From: Candidatus Iainarchaeum sp.
GTDB taxonomy: Archaea; Iainarchaeota; Iainarchaeia; Iainarchaeales; 1-14-0-10-31-34
Length of the DNA stretch: 64,000 bases
Direction of reading: 5' to 3'
Assembly (NCBI GenBank): GCA_040755695.1
Contig: JBFMAK010000001.1
Coordinates: 128,637-192,636 of the forward strand
Positions 47,475-58,072 of the stretch are shown in pieces. Position numbers and translations under genes: made by a program. Under the pieces are notes generated by a model. It saw only the letters and a program-made list of their open reading frames with translations. It did no database searches and was not told the DNA's origin. Position 1 is the first letter of the stretch. Each line of letters begins with the position of its first letter.

Positions 47475-48764
47475 TTAAAACTCCATCAGGCTTTTCTGTC
47501 CCATAAATTCTGTCCTGCACTCCAATTGGTTGTGCAACTCTTTTTTCTTTTTCTCGAACTCTTTTTCGTCCTTGCAGATTATTGGTCTTCCATAATTTCC
47601 TCCGCCTCCTGGAATGTATAATACAAAGCCTTTCCTGAAAGAGTCAATCTTTGAGGCGGCATCTGCATTCAATTCTTTTAGGTTCTCAATTGGCTCGTCA
47701 ATCAAAACATTTATTTCTGAGCCAAACTTTTTCACGAACTCAAGCCACAAATCCTGCACTGGCTCTGAGGTAACATCTTTTGCTTTAAGCGAGTCCTGGA
47801 TTATTTCAGCCAAGGCAAGCAAGTGCAGGTAAGGAGGCCTGAATTTTGGATGCATTTCCTCAGAAAAATTCGAGAGCATTAAAATCCTGTCTCTCACTCC
47901 GCGCTTTATTGAGGAAGAGCATTTAGTGCACTTCCATTTAAGCCTTAAAGCATCATCCAATGAATATTTGGTGAAGCAATTGCTGCATGCAGTGCAATGG
48001 TATTTTCCCTCCCTTGGATTAAGCCCTGCATTCAATGTAATTAGCCCTTCCTCCCTGTCCTCTAATGCATTCTTTAATTCCTTGAAAGAAGGTTCTTTCA
48101 TTTTAATTCTAGTGAATTCCCTTCCAAGCCTGTAAGGCCAAGGGCTGTGGGCGTCCGAGAATGTCACGAACTGGTAGTTATGGTTTTCTTCAATTAAATC
48201 AGCAAAATAAGAGTCAGCGCTCAAGCCTAACTCAATGAAACTAATTCTTCCAATCTGCTTTCCATAGCATTGCTTTAATGAATCAAAATGAGCATAAACA
48301 CCAAAGTATGGAGTGAAAGCATGGCTTGGGCCAATAATCCCTTTTGAATCAAAAACTATTTCCGCAATCCTTTCAGCATTAAGCCTAATCCTCGGTCTTC
48401 CGCCACCAAAAGAATCCATGTCAGAGGAATACTTCTTCAACTCTTTTTTTGCTTCAAGCACTGAATTAAAGTCAGGAAAGTAAAGCAAGTGATGCACTCT
48501 ATCAGAGTCCTGCACCTCAGTTCCCAGAATGAAATTAATTGAATTGCCTTTAAACTTGAGTATTCCATTCTCTTCTTCCACTAAATTCTCCTTCACGTGC
48601 TCAAACCATTTTTCGTGCAATATATCAGAAGAAGAAAGCAAGTGAAGGCCTTTCAATTCAGCCTGCTCCGCAATTACAGGGACAAGCATGTTCTTTGAGA
48701 CCCCCCCAGAATAAAGGCCGTGATAATGCAGGTCGCAGTTCAATTCAGGCATAAAAAACCACAA
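47475..48764 (-). CDS. PHP-domain nuclease candidate with an internal zinc ribbon (EndoQ-like architecture)
   Basis: N-terminal 'CDLHYHGLYSGG' PHP His motif, more His/Asp clusters ('SDAHSPW'), 'CTACSNC...CTKCSS'. ~430 aa as for EndoQ. Confidence 0.45.
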   Translation of the reverse strand: MWFFMPELNCDLHYHGLYSGGVSKNMLVPVIAEQAELKGLHLLSSSDILHEKWFEHVKENLVEEENGILKFKGNSINFILGTEVQDSDRVHHLLYFPDFNSVLEAKKELKKYSSDMDSFGGGRPRIRLNAERIAEIVFDSKGIIGPSHAFTPYFGVYAHFDSLKQCYGKQIGRISFIELGLSADSYFADLIEENHNYQFVTFSDAHSPWPYRLGREFTRIKMKEPSFKELKNALEDREEGLITLNAGLNPREGKYHCTACSNCFTKYSLDDALRLKWKCTKCSSSIKRGVRDRILMLSNFSEEMHPKFRPPYLHLLALAEIIQDSLKAKDVTSEPVQDLWLEFVKKFGSEINVLIDEPIENLKELNADAASKIDSFRKGFVLYIPGGGGNYGRPIICKDEKEFEKKKKELHNQLECRTEFMGQKSLMEF

Positions 48765-48799
48765 TAAATTAAAGATGAAAATACATATAATTGTATTAG

Positions 48800-49825
48800 G
48801 TGAAATTAATGCCTGAAAAAGAACTGCATGAAGCGCTCTTCTGGAAGAAGGAAAAGGACGGAAGAATTAAGTGCAATGCCTGCCAGCGCAATTGCCTTAT
48901 TGCAGAAGGGAAGACAGGATTCTGCAGGGTGCGCAAGAATATTGATGGAAGGCTTTACTCCCTTGTGTACGGAAAGACCTTGACCTTGGAGGTCGACCCA
49001 ATAGAGAAAAAGCCTTTGTTTCACTTCAAGCCAGGCTCTCAGTGCACTGGGGTAAGCACTTACGGCTGCAATTTCTCCTGCCTGCACTGCCAGAACTTCC
49101 ATATTTCACAGAAATTCACTGAAGAAATGATTGAGAAAGTTCCATTCACTTCCCCAAAAGAAATTGTAGAACAAACATTAGAATTGGGAGTGCAGGGGAT
49201 TGCCTACACTTACACTGAGCCCACAATATTCATTGAATATGCCTTGGACACAATGAAGGAAGCAAAGAAATTCGGCTTGTACAATGTTTTTGTCTCAAAC
49301 GGCTACATGAGCGAGGAACCCCTCCAGGCCGTAAAGCCTTTCTTGGATGCAATTAATGTTGACCTGAAAGGGAACCAGAAATTCTACCAGGAAGTCTGCG
49401 GTGGAGTGAGAGAGAAGGGGGTAAAGAATACAATTAGGTGGCTTTACAAGAACAGGATTCACGATGAAGTAACCTATCTTATAATCCCAGGCTTTAATGA
49501 CAAGGAAGAATACTTCAGGGAGGCAGCGGAATTCATTCTTTCTTTAAGCCCTTCAATTCCATTGCATTTCTCGCGCTTTTATCCAATGAACAAGCTGGAT
49601 TACCTTCCTGCAACAGACCCAAAGACTGTCCTCAAGGCAAAAGAGATTGCAGAGGAATTAGGCCTGAAATATGTTTATGCAGGCAACCTGCAGGCTGAAG
49701 AGAATACTTTATGCCCTGAATGCAAGAATTTGCTGGTGAGAAGATACTATTACAATACTGAAATGCCTGGCATGCAAGAAGGCAAGTGCTCGAAGTGCGG
49801 CTCAAAAGCTGACATGATTTTCTGA
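48800..49825 (+). CDS. Radical SAM enzyme of the PflA-like 'AmmeMemoRadiSam' type
   Basis: N-terminal 'CNACQRNCLIAEGKTGFCRVRKN' then 'GCNFSCLHCQNFHISQ' (CxxxCxxC). Confidence 0.65.
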   Translation: MKLMPEKELHEALFWKKEKDGRIKCNACQRNCLIAEGKTGFCRVRKNIDGRLYSLVYGKTLTLEVDPIEKKPLFHFKPGSQCTGVSTYGCNFSCLHCQNFHISQKFTEEMIEKVPFTSPKEIVEQTLELGVQGIAYTYTEPTIFIEYALDTMKEAKKFGLYNVFVSNGYMSEEPLQAVKPFLDAINVDLKGNQKFYQEVCGGVREKGVKNTIRWLYKNRIHDEVTYLIIPGFNDKEEYFREAAEFILSLSPSIPLHFSRFYPMNKLDYLPATDPKTVLKAKEIAEELGLKYVYAGNLQAEENTLCPECKNLLVRRYYYNTEMPGMQEGKCSKCGSKADMIF

Positions 49826-49848
49826 ACTAATTTTTCTGAATTTTCTTG

Positions 49849-50151
49849 TTAAACTGCACCCAAGAACTTGAGTACAACCATTACCCCTAATCCTGCCAGA
49901 CCGAAAATTACTGTCACAATTAAGGTTGCAATGAATGGGAGTTCAATGTGAAAGACAAAATGAATTATTGCCCATGCAATCAGTCCAAGAACAGTATTTG
50001 CAATCAAATGCTTTAAAACAAAGAATATTACTACTGCGGCAATAATGAAAATTATGCCTGCAAGCAGTATCATCCAGTTGCCTGCAAGGACGTTTGATAC
50101 AGCGCCTTGGGCTGTATTGGCTGCATTGACTGCTTCTCCAACTAAAAACAT
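49849..50151 (-). CDS. Small three-helix membrane protein
   Basis: Hydrophobic 100-aa ORF. Confidence 0.3.
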   Translation of the reverse strand: MFLVGEAVNAANTAQGAVSNVLAGNWMILLAGIIFIIAAVVIFFVLKHLIANTVLGLIAWAIIHFVFHIELPFIATLIVTVIFGLAGLGVMVVLKFLGAV

Positions 50152-50210
50152 ATTAATTCAATTAATGGCTCAAAAAGCTTTTTAAACGCTTTACAGGGAA
50201 TCATAATTAT

Positions 50211-50846
50211 ATGGTCAAGTACACTGACACCCAGAAAAGGATTGCCTTGCTCTTAATGCATGAGCCCAAGACTGTTGAAGAATTAAGCAATCAATTGAAT
50301 ATTCCTTACGACGAATTAATGGAAGAACTAAAGCCAATGCTTAAACTGGAATTAGTGGAAAAAGAAGGCTATCCAACAAAATACAGGCTGAAACAACACA
50401 TAAAAGAAGAAGTAAAAAGAAGAAAAGAGCTCTCAGAGGAAGACAAAAACAAGCTAAGGCTCCTGGCAACAATTGAAGTGCAGGCAATAGAAGAAGAACT
50501 CCTAAAAAAACAATTAAAAGAAATAAAAGAAGCAATGATGAAAGAAGAAGACTTCCTGATTTACGACATAAGAGAAGCAGAGGCAGTAAAGCAGAATGAG
50601 TATCAATCAAGCTTCCTTGAAGTAAACCTGAGCGTAAAAGACTTCAGGGCACTAATGAGGCTTATGTTCCTGTACGGCCCAGTGGCAGTGGAAGTCCTTA
50701 AACCCCAAAAATTCGAGACAACAATGGACGACCTTCAGGATGGCCTGATGGCAGTAGTGGAAATTGTTCATACTTACACAGACTACATAGCAAAAAAAAT
50801 GAGCAGGGAGGAACTAGAGGAATTCACGCGCAAGCTTTACAGCTGA
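50211..50846 (+). CDS. Putative winged-helix transcription regulator with an acidic coiled-coil middle
   Basis: 'QKRIALLLMHEPKTVEELSNQLNIPYDELMEEL' is an ArsR/TrmB-like wHTH. Confidence 0.35.
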   Translation: MVKYTDTQKRIALLLMHEPKTVEELSNQLNIPYDELMEELKPMLKLELVEKEGYPTKYRLKQHIKEEVKRRKELSEEDKNKLRLLATIEVQAIEEELLKKQLKEIKEAMMKEEDFLIYDIREAEAVKQNEYQSSFLEVNLSVKDFRALMRLMFLYGPVAVEVLKPQKFETTMDDLQDGLMAVVEIVHTYTDYIAKKMSREELEEFTRKLYS

Positions 50847-51059
50847 ATTTTCATTAAAAATTTTTTCATAATTTTTCATACAAAAAATTCTACCTGTAAT
50901 GCCCTAAAAAAAGCCCAAAAATGTCTTCGTGGATTGACTTAAAGCCCTTCAGCAATCACTCAAAAAAATACCTTCTTTTTAAAGCATTAAATTTCCGAAA
51001 GCGCAATGTATTTAAATAAAACCCGGCAATCAATAATACAAGCCTAAGGAAAAACATCC

Positions 51060-54035
51060 TTGGACTTGTTTTTTATTTTTCCACAAATGACTAAAAAATG
51101 TGAGGTGAAAAAACACATGAAAAGTCTAAACATAAAAAAGCTTGCTGCAATAGCTGCAGGGCTTGCCTTAACAGGAATGGCAGTAGCACCTATTGTAACA
51201 GCAGCAGCCTCTGATATCACGAAAAGCGACTTAGTAAACACAGACGGAACACCAAGTGTGGACATAGTAGTCGGAAAGAAAGCAAAAGCTTCTGATATCG
51301 TGTGGGCTGGCAATATTGCGGCAGCACTAGCACAAAAAGCATACACAGACTCAACAGTGAGCACTACAGTATCAGGCGGAGGAACAGTTCCAAATGTAGA
51401 AGGACTGACAGTAGACCTAACAGTAGGCGGAACAGTAACAGTATCAGGCGGAAAGACATTCTACAACATAATGTACTCAGGAACTAGTGGTACTTTACAA
51501 GAACCAAACTTTTCAAACCAGTTAGTAACAAATGCAAATATACCTTCGCTGAAATATTACGGAAACAAATCTTACAGTTGGAATGCAGTCTCCTACTCAA
51601 CAACAATGCAGGAAAGACTTGCATTCACCGCAGATGTATTGTTTGAACCATCAGGAAGCTACAAAGGACTTCAATCAAAAATCCAGAGCAATGGCTTAAG
51701 ATATAACCTAAACTTAGGTTCAGGAATACCTAAATGTGAAGGAACTGGTTTACCAACTTGTTTGGCCTTCGCTGACGACTCAAACGATAACATTAGAATT
51801 CCATTCTTTGGAGAGGATTACCTAGTAAAAACAGTAGACTACACAAACAATTACGTTCAATTACTTAAAGCGGCAGCAGAAAAGACCTACTCGCCAGGAG
51901 ATAAAATAGCAGACCTGCTGGGAAAAGACGGAGGAAAATACTACGTTGAAGTAGGAACAGGAAGATCAGTTTCAGGAGTAACTAAGATTGAGCTAACGCT
52001 CTACAAAGAAGATGGAACAAAAGTGGCATCAGACAGGTTTTCCACAGGAGATGTAGTCTTCTATGATGATAGCGGAAATGTGGTTTTAGCTACATTATTA
52101 AACATAAGCGAAATAGGCACAACAACAGGAACAGATGGAGCAACAGTTTATTTCCCAGTAATCCTGACAGGCTCAGACAGACTTTTAATATATAACGCCA
52201 AGGGTTATCCATATGATTCAACAAAAACAGATGACAGCTACGATTGGTTTGCAGCATTAACCTGGGGAACAGGCTCAGATGTAAACAAACTATTGGATAT
52301 CAACGTTTACAATACTTCACAAAATATTTATACTGGGTCAAAAGCACTTTCACCAGGAAAAGAAGCATCATTCCCAAACAATTGGGGTTCAGTTAAATTC
52401 TTAGGCCTACAGTTACCAGAATTTTCAACAAACGGCGTTTCAAAAACAGAAAGAACAACGGGAATTACAGTGGGCGGAGGAAATGTGATTTACAGGGATT
52501 CAACATACGAGGCAGAACACACACTTCCTTTCTATAAAAGATTTACAGACCTGTCCAATGATTCAGTAACAGCCGGTCTCACAATAGACGGAAAAACAAT
52601 TTACTCAAAAATAAACTTTAATGATGTAAACATACAGGGTTCAAGTACAGCTGACGGTTCAACAGGAAGATTTGAGTGCATAGGTGACGGAAACTATGTT
52701 AACGGAATACTAGTAAAAATGACCTTTACCACAGACCAGAACACTCCAGCTACTTTTTGGACAACCAATGATGGTCCTATTTCAGATGTAAATGTTGGCG
52801 AAATAGTAAGGGTAGCTGACCAAGTATTCAAGGTAAGCGGTAAAGCCCCAACAGCGCCAGAGAAATGCATTTACCTGACAGCAGACGGAAATGTTACATT
52901 CAGAAAAGACTCAAGTACAGGATCCTTAATCCAATACTGGTATTATGCGGATGCAAACCTGTCAAATGATAACAACGCAGGAAATGACAGAACTGCAAAT
53001 ACAGATCCAGCAATTGGCTTTGAAGGCTTAAGCAGTGTAACACACTATTACAGGGTAATGGTTGACGAAACGTCTGCTAACAGTGCAGGGACATTATGGC
53101 TGCTGTTGGACGGAATGAGAGCTTACACAGGACAATACAGTAAGTCATGGCAGCTCGTTGGAACAGACTTTGTCGAAGGAAGAGCCTTTGGTGCATCAGA
53201 CTCAAACTATGCATGGAGAGGGGTGTATGTACCACACGACACTTACATGCCGGCATACCTAGAAGGCGATGTAAACTACAGTTCTCAAGAATTCCTGGTA
53301 GCAAACTTTAGAATAGATGAAGATGAAGACGGAGTCTACGATATGAACGTCTTTATTGCCACAGAAACTGGAGATTTAGTACAGCCAACAGCCTGTAACA
53401 CCAACATAAGCAGTTACACTTATGAGGCGGACTGGAATGGAGCTCTTTCAAATAAGTGGATGAGCGCTTGCGCCAGTTTGACTTATCCTTCAGACATCTT
53501 CACAGACTTTGGAACTCACGCAAAGGAAGAAGCTTCTACCTCATACAAAAAGTATGTGGCAGTAGTACCAGAGAACAGGCCTCAAGCAGAAATACTGGTT
53601 GCAGGAACAGGAACAACAGAGGTAACAACAGGCGGAGAGTCCTTCACAGGAAAAGCAAAGGGAGACACTGTAACAACCACTTCAGGAACAACAGTAACAA
53701 TCGATGACATCAAGTATTCCAACGCTACCTGTACAGGAGAGGGAGGAGCAGCACTCTGTACTGCAACACCTTCAACCTATAAAGCAATGGCTTCAATTCC
53801 AACAGACTTTGTCAAATTGGACAGCGATGCAGGAACAGGCGCACATGTCATCATAGGTGGATGGAAAGTGAACACCCTTGCTGCAGACATTGTAGGAATA
53901 CAAGACAAGCTGGCAAAGAAAGGCGATTACATTGTAGAGAAAGACGGAGACAATGTAGTTGTCGCAGGATACACTGCAGCAGACACAATGACAGCAGCAC
54001 AAGCTTTGATCACGCAAATAGAGACTTTCTCCTGA
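51060..54035 (+). CDS. Putative S-layer or major surface protein (~970 aa mature)
   Basis: Likely real start is ATG 51118 with SD 'GAGGTGA'. Signal peptide 'KKLAAIAAGLALTGMAVAPIVTAAAS'. Thr/Gly/Ser-rich, many N-x-S/T sequons, no TM anchor. Confidence 0.5.
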   Translation: MDLFFIFPQMTKKCEVKKHMKSLNIKKLAAIAAGLALTGMAVAPIVTAAASDITKSDLVNTDGTPSVDIVVGKKAKASDIVWAGNIAAALAQKAYTDSTVSTTVSGGGTVPNVEGLTVDLTVGGTVTVSGGKTFYNIMYSGTSGTLQEPNFSNQLVTNANIPSLKYYGNKSYSWNAVSYSTTMQERLAFTADVLFEPSGSYKGLQSKIQSNGLRYNLNLGSGIPKCEGTGLPTCLAFADDSNDNIRIPFFGEDYLVKTVDYTNNYVQLLKAAAEKTYSPGDKIADLLGKDGGKYYVEVGTGRSVSGVTKIELTLYKEDGTKVASDRFSTGDVVFYDDSGNVVLATLLNISEIGTTTGTDGATVYFPVILTGSDRLLIYNAKGYPYDSTKTDDSYDWFAALTWGTGSDVNKLLDINVYNTSQNIYTGSKALSPGKEASFPNNWGSVKFLGLQLPEFSTNGVSKTERTTGITVGGGNVIYRDSTYEAEHTLPFYKRFTDLSNDSVTAGLTIDGKTIYSKINFNDVNIQGSSTADGSTGRFECIGDGNYVNGILVKMTFTTDQNTPATFWTTNDGPISDVNVGEIVRVADQVFKVSGKAPTAPEKCIYLTADGNVTFRKDSSTGSLIQYWYYADANLSNDNNAGNDRTANTDPAIGFEGLSSVTHYYRVMVDETSANSAGTLWLLLDGMRAYTGQYSKSWQLVGTDFVEGRAFGASDSNYAWRGVYVPHDTYMPAYLEGDVNYSSQEFLVANFRIDEDEDGVYDMNVFIATETGDLVQPTACNTNISSYTYEADWNGALSNKWMSACASLTYPSDIFTDFGTHAKEEASTSYKKYVAVVPENRPQAEILVAGTGTTEVTTGGESFTGKAKGDTVTTTSGTTVTIDDIKYSNATCTGEGGAALCTATPSTYKAMASIPTDFVKLDSDAGTGAHVIIGGWKVNTLAADIVGIQDKLAKKGDYIVEKDGDNVVVAGYTAADTMTAAQALITQIETFS

Positions 54036-54043
54036 ATTAAAAA

Positions 54044-54811
54044 TTGAATAGGCTTCAGCCTATTCTTTTTTTCCTTTTTTTTATTTTCTTAATTTTTGTT
54101 TTATGGCTAATTAAAGCGATTATTAAAAAAAGTTTTCCCACCAGAAATTCTTTTTATGATTTTTTTGGGTGGACTGCCTTGAAAAAAACAGCAAAAAAGT
54201 GGGCCATTTTTTCGGCAATTGTGGTTATTGCAATTGTTTTGGTTCTTGTGGCAATTTTTCTGTTCCCTGAAAAAGGGCAGTATTACTTGTACAAGGAGGA
54301 AGCTGAAGGCATTGTGTTTGAATCAAATTATTTTTCCCAGCCGATAGAGTATATTAGGGGGCTGAACAGCTATTACATTTACTTGATTGTGAATGATTGG
54401 ACTGAAGGCCAGGAGAACAGTGACGCAATCAATTCAGTGAATACTGCTTTTGTTGCTGTTCTGAATGCAAAGGACAAGAATGTTGTCAGCGTAATAAAGG
54501 TTTACGACGATAAAGGAAATTTTGCTTACTGCCAGACCAATTTAGGCCAGAAAAGGGAGAACAAGCAGATAACAGCAGAGGAATGCAATTCCCTGCTTTT
54601 GCAGGAGGACGCAATAAAATTTATGTTCACCAAACCTGACCCTAAATTAAAGAAACCAGAAATAATAATAGAGAAAAATTATTTGGTGACAGTGAAAGCA
54701 AACACTGAAAGCGAGATGATTCGAACAGCTTATTTATTGCTCAAGGCAATGTATCCTGATGCAGACACAATAATCCAGAACGTCAATTCTGTAGCAGGAA
54801 AAGTGAAATAA
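54044..54811 (+). CDS. Membrane-anchored hypothetical protein
   Basis: Two N-terminal TM segments, then a soluble domain. Confidence 0.3.
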   Translation: MNRLQPILFFLFFIFLIFVLWLIKAIIKKSFPTRNSFYDFFGWTALKKTAKKWAIFSAIVVIAIVLVLVAIFLFPEKGQYYLYKEEAEGIVFESNYFSQPIEYIRGLNSYYIYLIVNDWTEGQENSDAINSVNTAFVAVLNAKDKNVVSVIKVYDDKGNFAYCQTNLGQKRENKQITAEECNSLLLQEDAIKFMFTKPDPKLKKPEIIIEKNYLVTVKANTESEMIRTAYLLLKAMYPDADTIIQNVNSVAGKVK

Positions 54812-54827
54812 AAAAAAGGTTTTTTAA

Positions 54828-55850
54828 TTGGAGGAATTAATCCAGAAAAGCATTGTCTCCCTCATCCTTGTCCTTGCAGTAATTGGAATAATTGCCTTTT
54901 ACACTAATGCAGCCAAGTCTTTAGTCAAACTCGGGTTCAATAACCTCATATTTTTTACACTGGCATGCATTTTCTTTCTTTTGGGAGTGCTCTTATGGGT
55001 TATTTCATGGGCTTTCCTTGTAAGAAAATTTACTCCAATTTCCTATAAAAATCTTTTCCTTGTGGGGTTTAGCTCTCTTTATGGAGCCCTGACGCCAGTG
55101 CAATTAGGCACTGACGCATTGCGTTCAATAAGCCTGAAAAAGCACTTTCAGCTTTCATATTTCAAGTCAATTGCCGCAAGCATGACAGCAAAAGGAACTA
55201 AATTTCTTGTAATTGCAATAGTGTTCATCTTGGTCATACTGATGTTTTTGTCCAGGCAGGTCATAGACTCGGTTATCTTCTTTAGTCTAATAAGCGGCTT
55301 CATTGTAATACTGCTGGCAAGCACTTTATTCCTTCTGCCGTTGAATAAAAGAATAAGCATAAAGCTATCGCAGTTTTTCAAAAGGCTTGGAAGGATAATT
55401 CCATTATTTGAAAAGATAGGGAAATTCTTTTTGGATTATTCCAGTTACATGAAAAAGTTTTCGTTAAACGCAATAATCTATGTTTTCCTTTTAGGCTTTT
55501 TATCATGGGTTTTTGAATTCCTTGCACTGCAATTCACCTTCTTTGCAGTCCTGCCTGAAGAAAAGAATTTAGGCCTTATTCCAATACTTGTGCTCTTCGT
55601 GTTAATTTCAGTTTTGGAGAGAACGCCTTTCCTTCCAAGGGGCATAGGGGTAGTGGAATTCATTGGCTTCACTTACCTTAACATGGTTTCAAGGCTTGTG
55701 ACCTCACTCCAGGTGAGCCAGATAGGCGCAGTACTAATTCTTTACGATGTTGTAAGGCTGATTATTCCAACAATCTTAAGCTTAATAATTGCATTTGCAT
55801 TCAAGGTGGAAGCCAAAGAATCAGAACTTCATCATTCCAAAAAATATTAG
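54828..55850 (+). CDS. Polytopic membrane protein (flippase-like/UPF0104-like)
   Basis: About 8 TM helices. Adjacent to the AglH-like GT. Confidence 0.3.
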   Translation: MEELIQKSIVSLILVLAVIGIIAFYTNAAKSLVKLGFNNLIFFTLACIFFLLGVLLWVISWAFLVRKFTPISYKNLFLVGFSSLYGALTPVQLGTDALRSISLKKHFQLSYFKSIAASMTAKGTKFLVIAIVFILVILMFLSRQVIDSVIFFSLISGFIVILLASTLFLLPLNKRISIKLSQFFKRLGRIIPLFEKIGKFFLDYSSYMKKFSLNAIIYVFLLGFLSWVFEFLALQFTFFAVLPEEKNLGLIPILVLFVLISVLERTPFLPRGIGVVEFIGFTYLNMVSRLVTSLQVSQIGAVLILYDVVRLIIPTILSLIIAFAFKVEAKESELHHSKKY

Positions 55851-56780
55851 CCAGAAAACGCAGTTCACTGCAACAATAATCCAAATAATTGCAACAACCT
55901 GCCATTCCTTTAATGGCCCAAAAATTTTTATTACAAGCTTGGCAAAATCATATCTGATTCTTTTGTCCTTATAGGAAGGAATTGCAAGCCTTTCATTTCC
56001 CAGGACCTTGTAAGGCCTTGTCTTGGCCTGCGAAGGGTCCCTCATATTTGTAAGAAGCTTAAGAACAAAAAAGTCTATTATGTGAGGCAAATAAAAAAGC
56101 AATAGAAGAATCATAAAATAATAATTTTTTTGCATTACAAACAGTGCAGCAACTGCAGAGCCAAACAATAGAGTGCTTGAGTCTCCTGGAAAAACCCTTG
56201 CAGGAAAGCGGTTGAATAAAAGTAGGCCAAGAATCAATCCTGACAGAATCAAAGCCAAAGGCAGGAACTGCGTTGCGGCAAGAAGGAAGACTACTGCAAG
56301 GCTGATAATGTAAGTGCTTCCAACCTCCCAGCCATTCAATCCTGCAAAAGTATTATGGAGAGAGGCAATGAGCGCAATATATAGCGCCAATGGAATGACC
56401 CAATAAATTGAGGGCGCAAAAAAGAAAGCAAAAGCAAGGGAGACAAGGGCAATAGGGATTGCCCTTACAGCCCAGGGAATTGTTTTTGCTGCCCATTTAT
56501 GCTTTGTGTCGTCAGCAAACCCCACTAAAGAAAAAACAGAAAGCAGCAGAAGCCAGCCAAGAAAAAGTGGGTTAACATCATTCAAATAAAAAAACAAAAC
56601 CACGGAAGCCCATAATGCAGCAAGGACCACAATTCCTGTTGACTCAGGGGTTTTCCTCTGGTCCAGTTTATTTATGTCAATGCCCAAAGCAAATTTGTTT
56701 TTCCTGCTCCATTTCTCGAAAAAGTGAATGGAAATAATCCCTGTTATCAAAGGAAAAACAAACCAGAAGAGCTCATTCAT
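55821..56780 (-). CDS. Polyprenyl-phosphate N-acetylhexosamine-1-phosphate transferase (MraY/WecA/AglH family)
   Basis: 'VGFADDTKH' DDxxD-type motif and 'NTFAGLNGWEVG'. About 10 TM helices. Confidence 0.5.
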   Translation of the reverse strand: MNELFWFVFPLITGIISIHFFEKWSRKNKFALGIDINKLDQRKTPESTGIVVLAALWASVVLFFYLNDVNPLFLGWLLLLSVFSLVGFADDTKHKWAAKTIPWAVRAIPIALVSLAFAFFFAPSIYWVIPLALYIALIASLHNTFAGLNGWEVGSTYIISLAVVFLLAATQFLPLALILSGLILGLLLFNRFPARVFPGDSSTLLFGSAVAALFVMQKNYYFMILLLLFYLPHIIDFFVLKLLTNMRDPSQAKTRPYKVLGNERLAIPSYKDKRIRYDFAKLVIKIFGPLKEWQVVAIIWIIVAVNCVFWLIFFGMMKF

Positions 56781-58017
56781 TCTTCATCAATTCCCTTAAA
56801 ACTGTTGTAGCGTAATCCCCTTTATTCAATTCAAACGAAATTATTGCCTTTAATTTTCCTTCATTGAACTCGTCTTCCTTTACCTCTAACAATTTAAGGT
56901 TCTTTGGGATTAAAATAATTTTCTTTCTTGCGCCTTTTGAACTCATCTCCTTCATGTCCTTCACGTAAAACTGCTTTAGGGAAAGGCCTTCCTCCCCCAA
57001 AACCTTTTTTTCTATTTCCCCTGCTTTCCCTGAAGCGAATACTGTTTCAAAGCCGTACAATGGCGCTGAAGGAAAGCCTTCAATCAATACATCCCCTTCA
57101 ACTGCCTTTAATCCAATCCCTTCCTTGATTCTCTCATTTATGACTTTATTGAAAAGGAATGCCTGAAAAGCATGGACAAACAAATACCTTAATCCCTTTG
57201 GCAGGACCCTGAAAGCCCCAATGAAGTCTTCAGGTTTTTTAATTAAATAATTAAGTATTGCCCTCTCATAGCTGTACTTTACAGGGAATTCTTTTACTGC
57301 CCTGCTGAAGTTTCCTGAAGTCTTCAAGTTCTCCCTTGCAATTGTTGCCTGTGCTTCCTCTCTCTCGCTTGTTCTTGTAAGGTAAAGCATTACTGCACCT
57401 TCAAAGTTTCCTCTGACAAATTCTTTGCCCACCAAATGGGTCACCTGCCTTACGCCCCCAAACCTCTGCTCTCCAAAATAATTTGCAATCCCTTCCTTCA
57501 TTTCAGCAATGCAGTCGCTCAACCTCTTTTTTGTTTCAATTTCACTCAATTCAATGTCCCTTACAGTAATTTCAAAGATATTCCCATTAAGGTCTCCTAT
57601 CTCAATTTTTTTTTCACTCCATTCAGGCTCCCTCAGCCTGACAAACTTGCTTTTGAACTGCTCCAATCTCTCAGGATCAGGCCTGTAAAAAGAAATCTTC
57701 TGCGAGGTAATTGCCCTCTTGTCTTTCATTCCTGCATAGCTTATCCTTTTATGGCTCAAGTAATTGAATCTTGCAATCCTTTTTATTGCCTCATTCAAGT
57801 CCAAATTGAATTTTTCCATTGTAAGAATCAGGTAATCTTTTTTCTCGGGGTTTTCTGGGACAATTAAAGGCATGAATTCAGACAATTTTTTTTCATCCAA
57901 TGTAATGCCGCACACTTTTCCATTCAGGCCAATTTCTTTTACATTGAAGTCAGCTATCCTTTGCTTTATCCTGCCCTTGATTCCAGGCGTTGAAGTAGAA
58001 TAAAAATTTTCCTGCAT
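56773..58017 (-). CDS. truD: tRNA pseudouridine synthase TruD/Pus7
   Basis: 'RISYAGMKDKRAITSQ' is the TruD catalytic Asp motif. 'IKGRIKQRIADFNVKEIG' N-terminus. Confidence 0.8.
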   Translation of the reverse strand: MQENFYSTSTPGIKGRIKQRIADFNVKEIGLNGKVCGITLDEKKLSEFMPLIVPENPEKKDYLILTMEKFNLDLNEAIKRIARFNYLSHKRISYAGMKDKRAITSQKISFYRPDPERLEQFKSKFVRLREPEWSEKKIEIGDLNGNIFEITVRDIELSEIETKKRLSDCIAEMKEGIANYFGEQRFGGVRQVTHLVGKEFVRGNFEGAVMLYLTRTSEREEAQATIARENLKTSGNFSRAVKEFPVKYSYERAILNYLIKKPEDFIGAFRVLPKGLRYLFVHAFQAFLFNKVINERIKEGIGLKAVEGDVLIEGFPSAPLYGFETVFASGKAGEIEKKVLGEEGLSLKQFYVKDMKEMSSKGARKKIILIPKNLKLLEVKEDEFNEGKLKAIISFELNKGDYATTVLRELMKNE

Positions 58018-58072
58018 TTTAAATCATTTAAATTTTTACTAAAATTTAAATATTTTAGGCAAAGCCTAAAAA

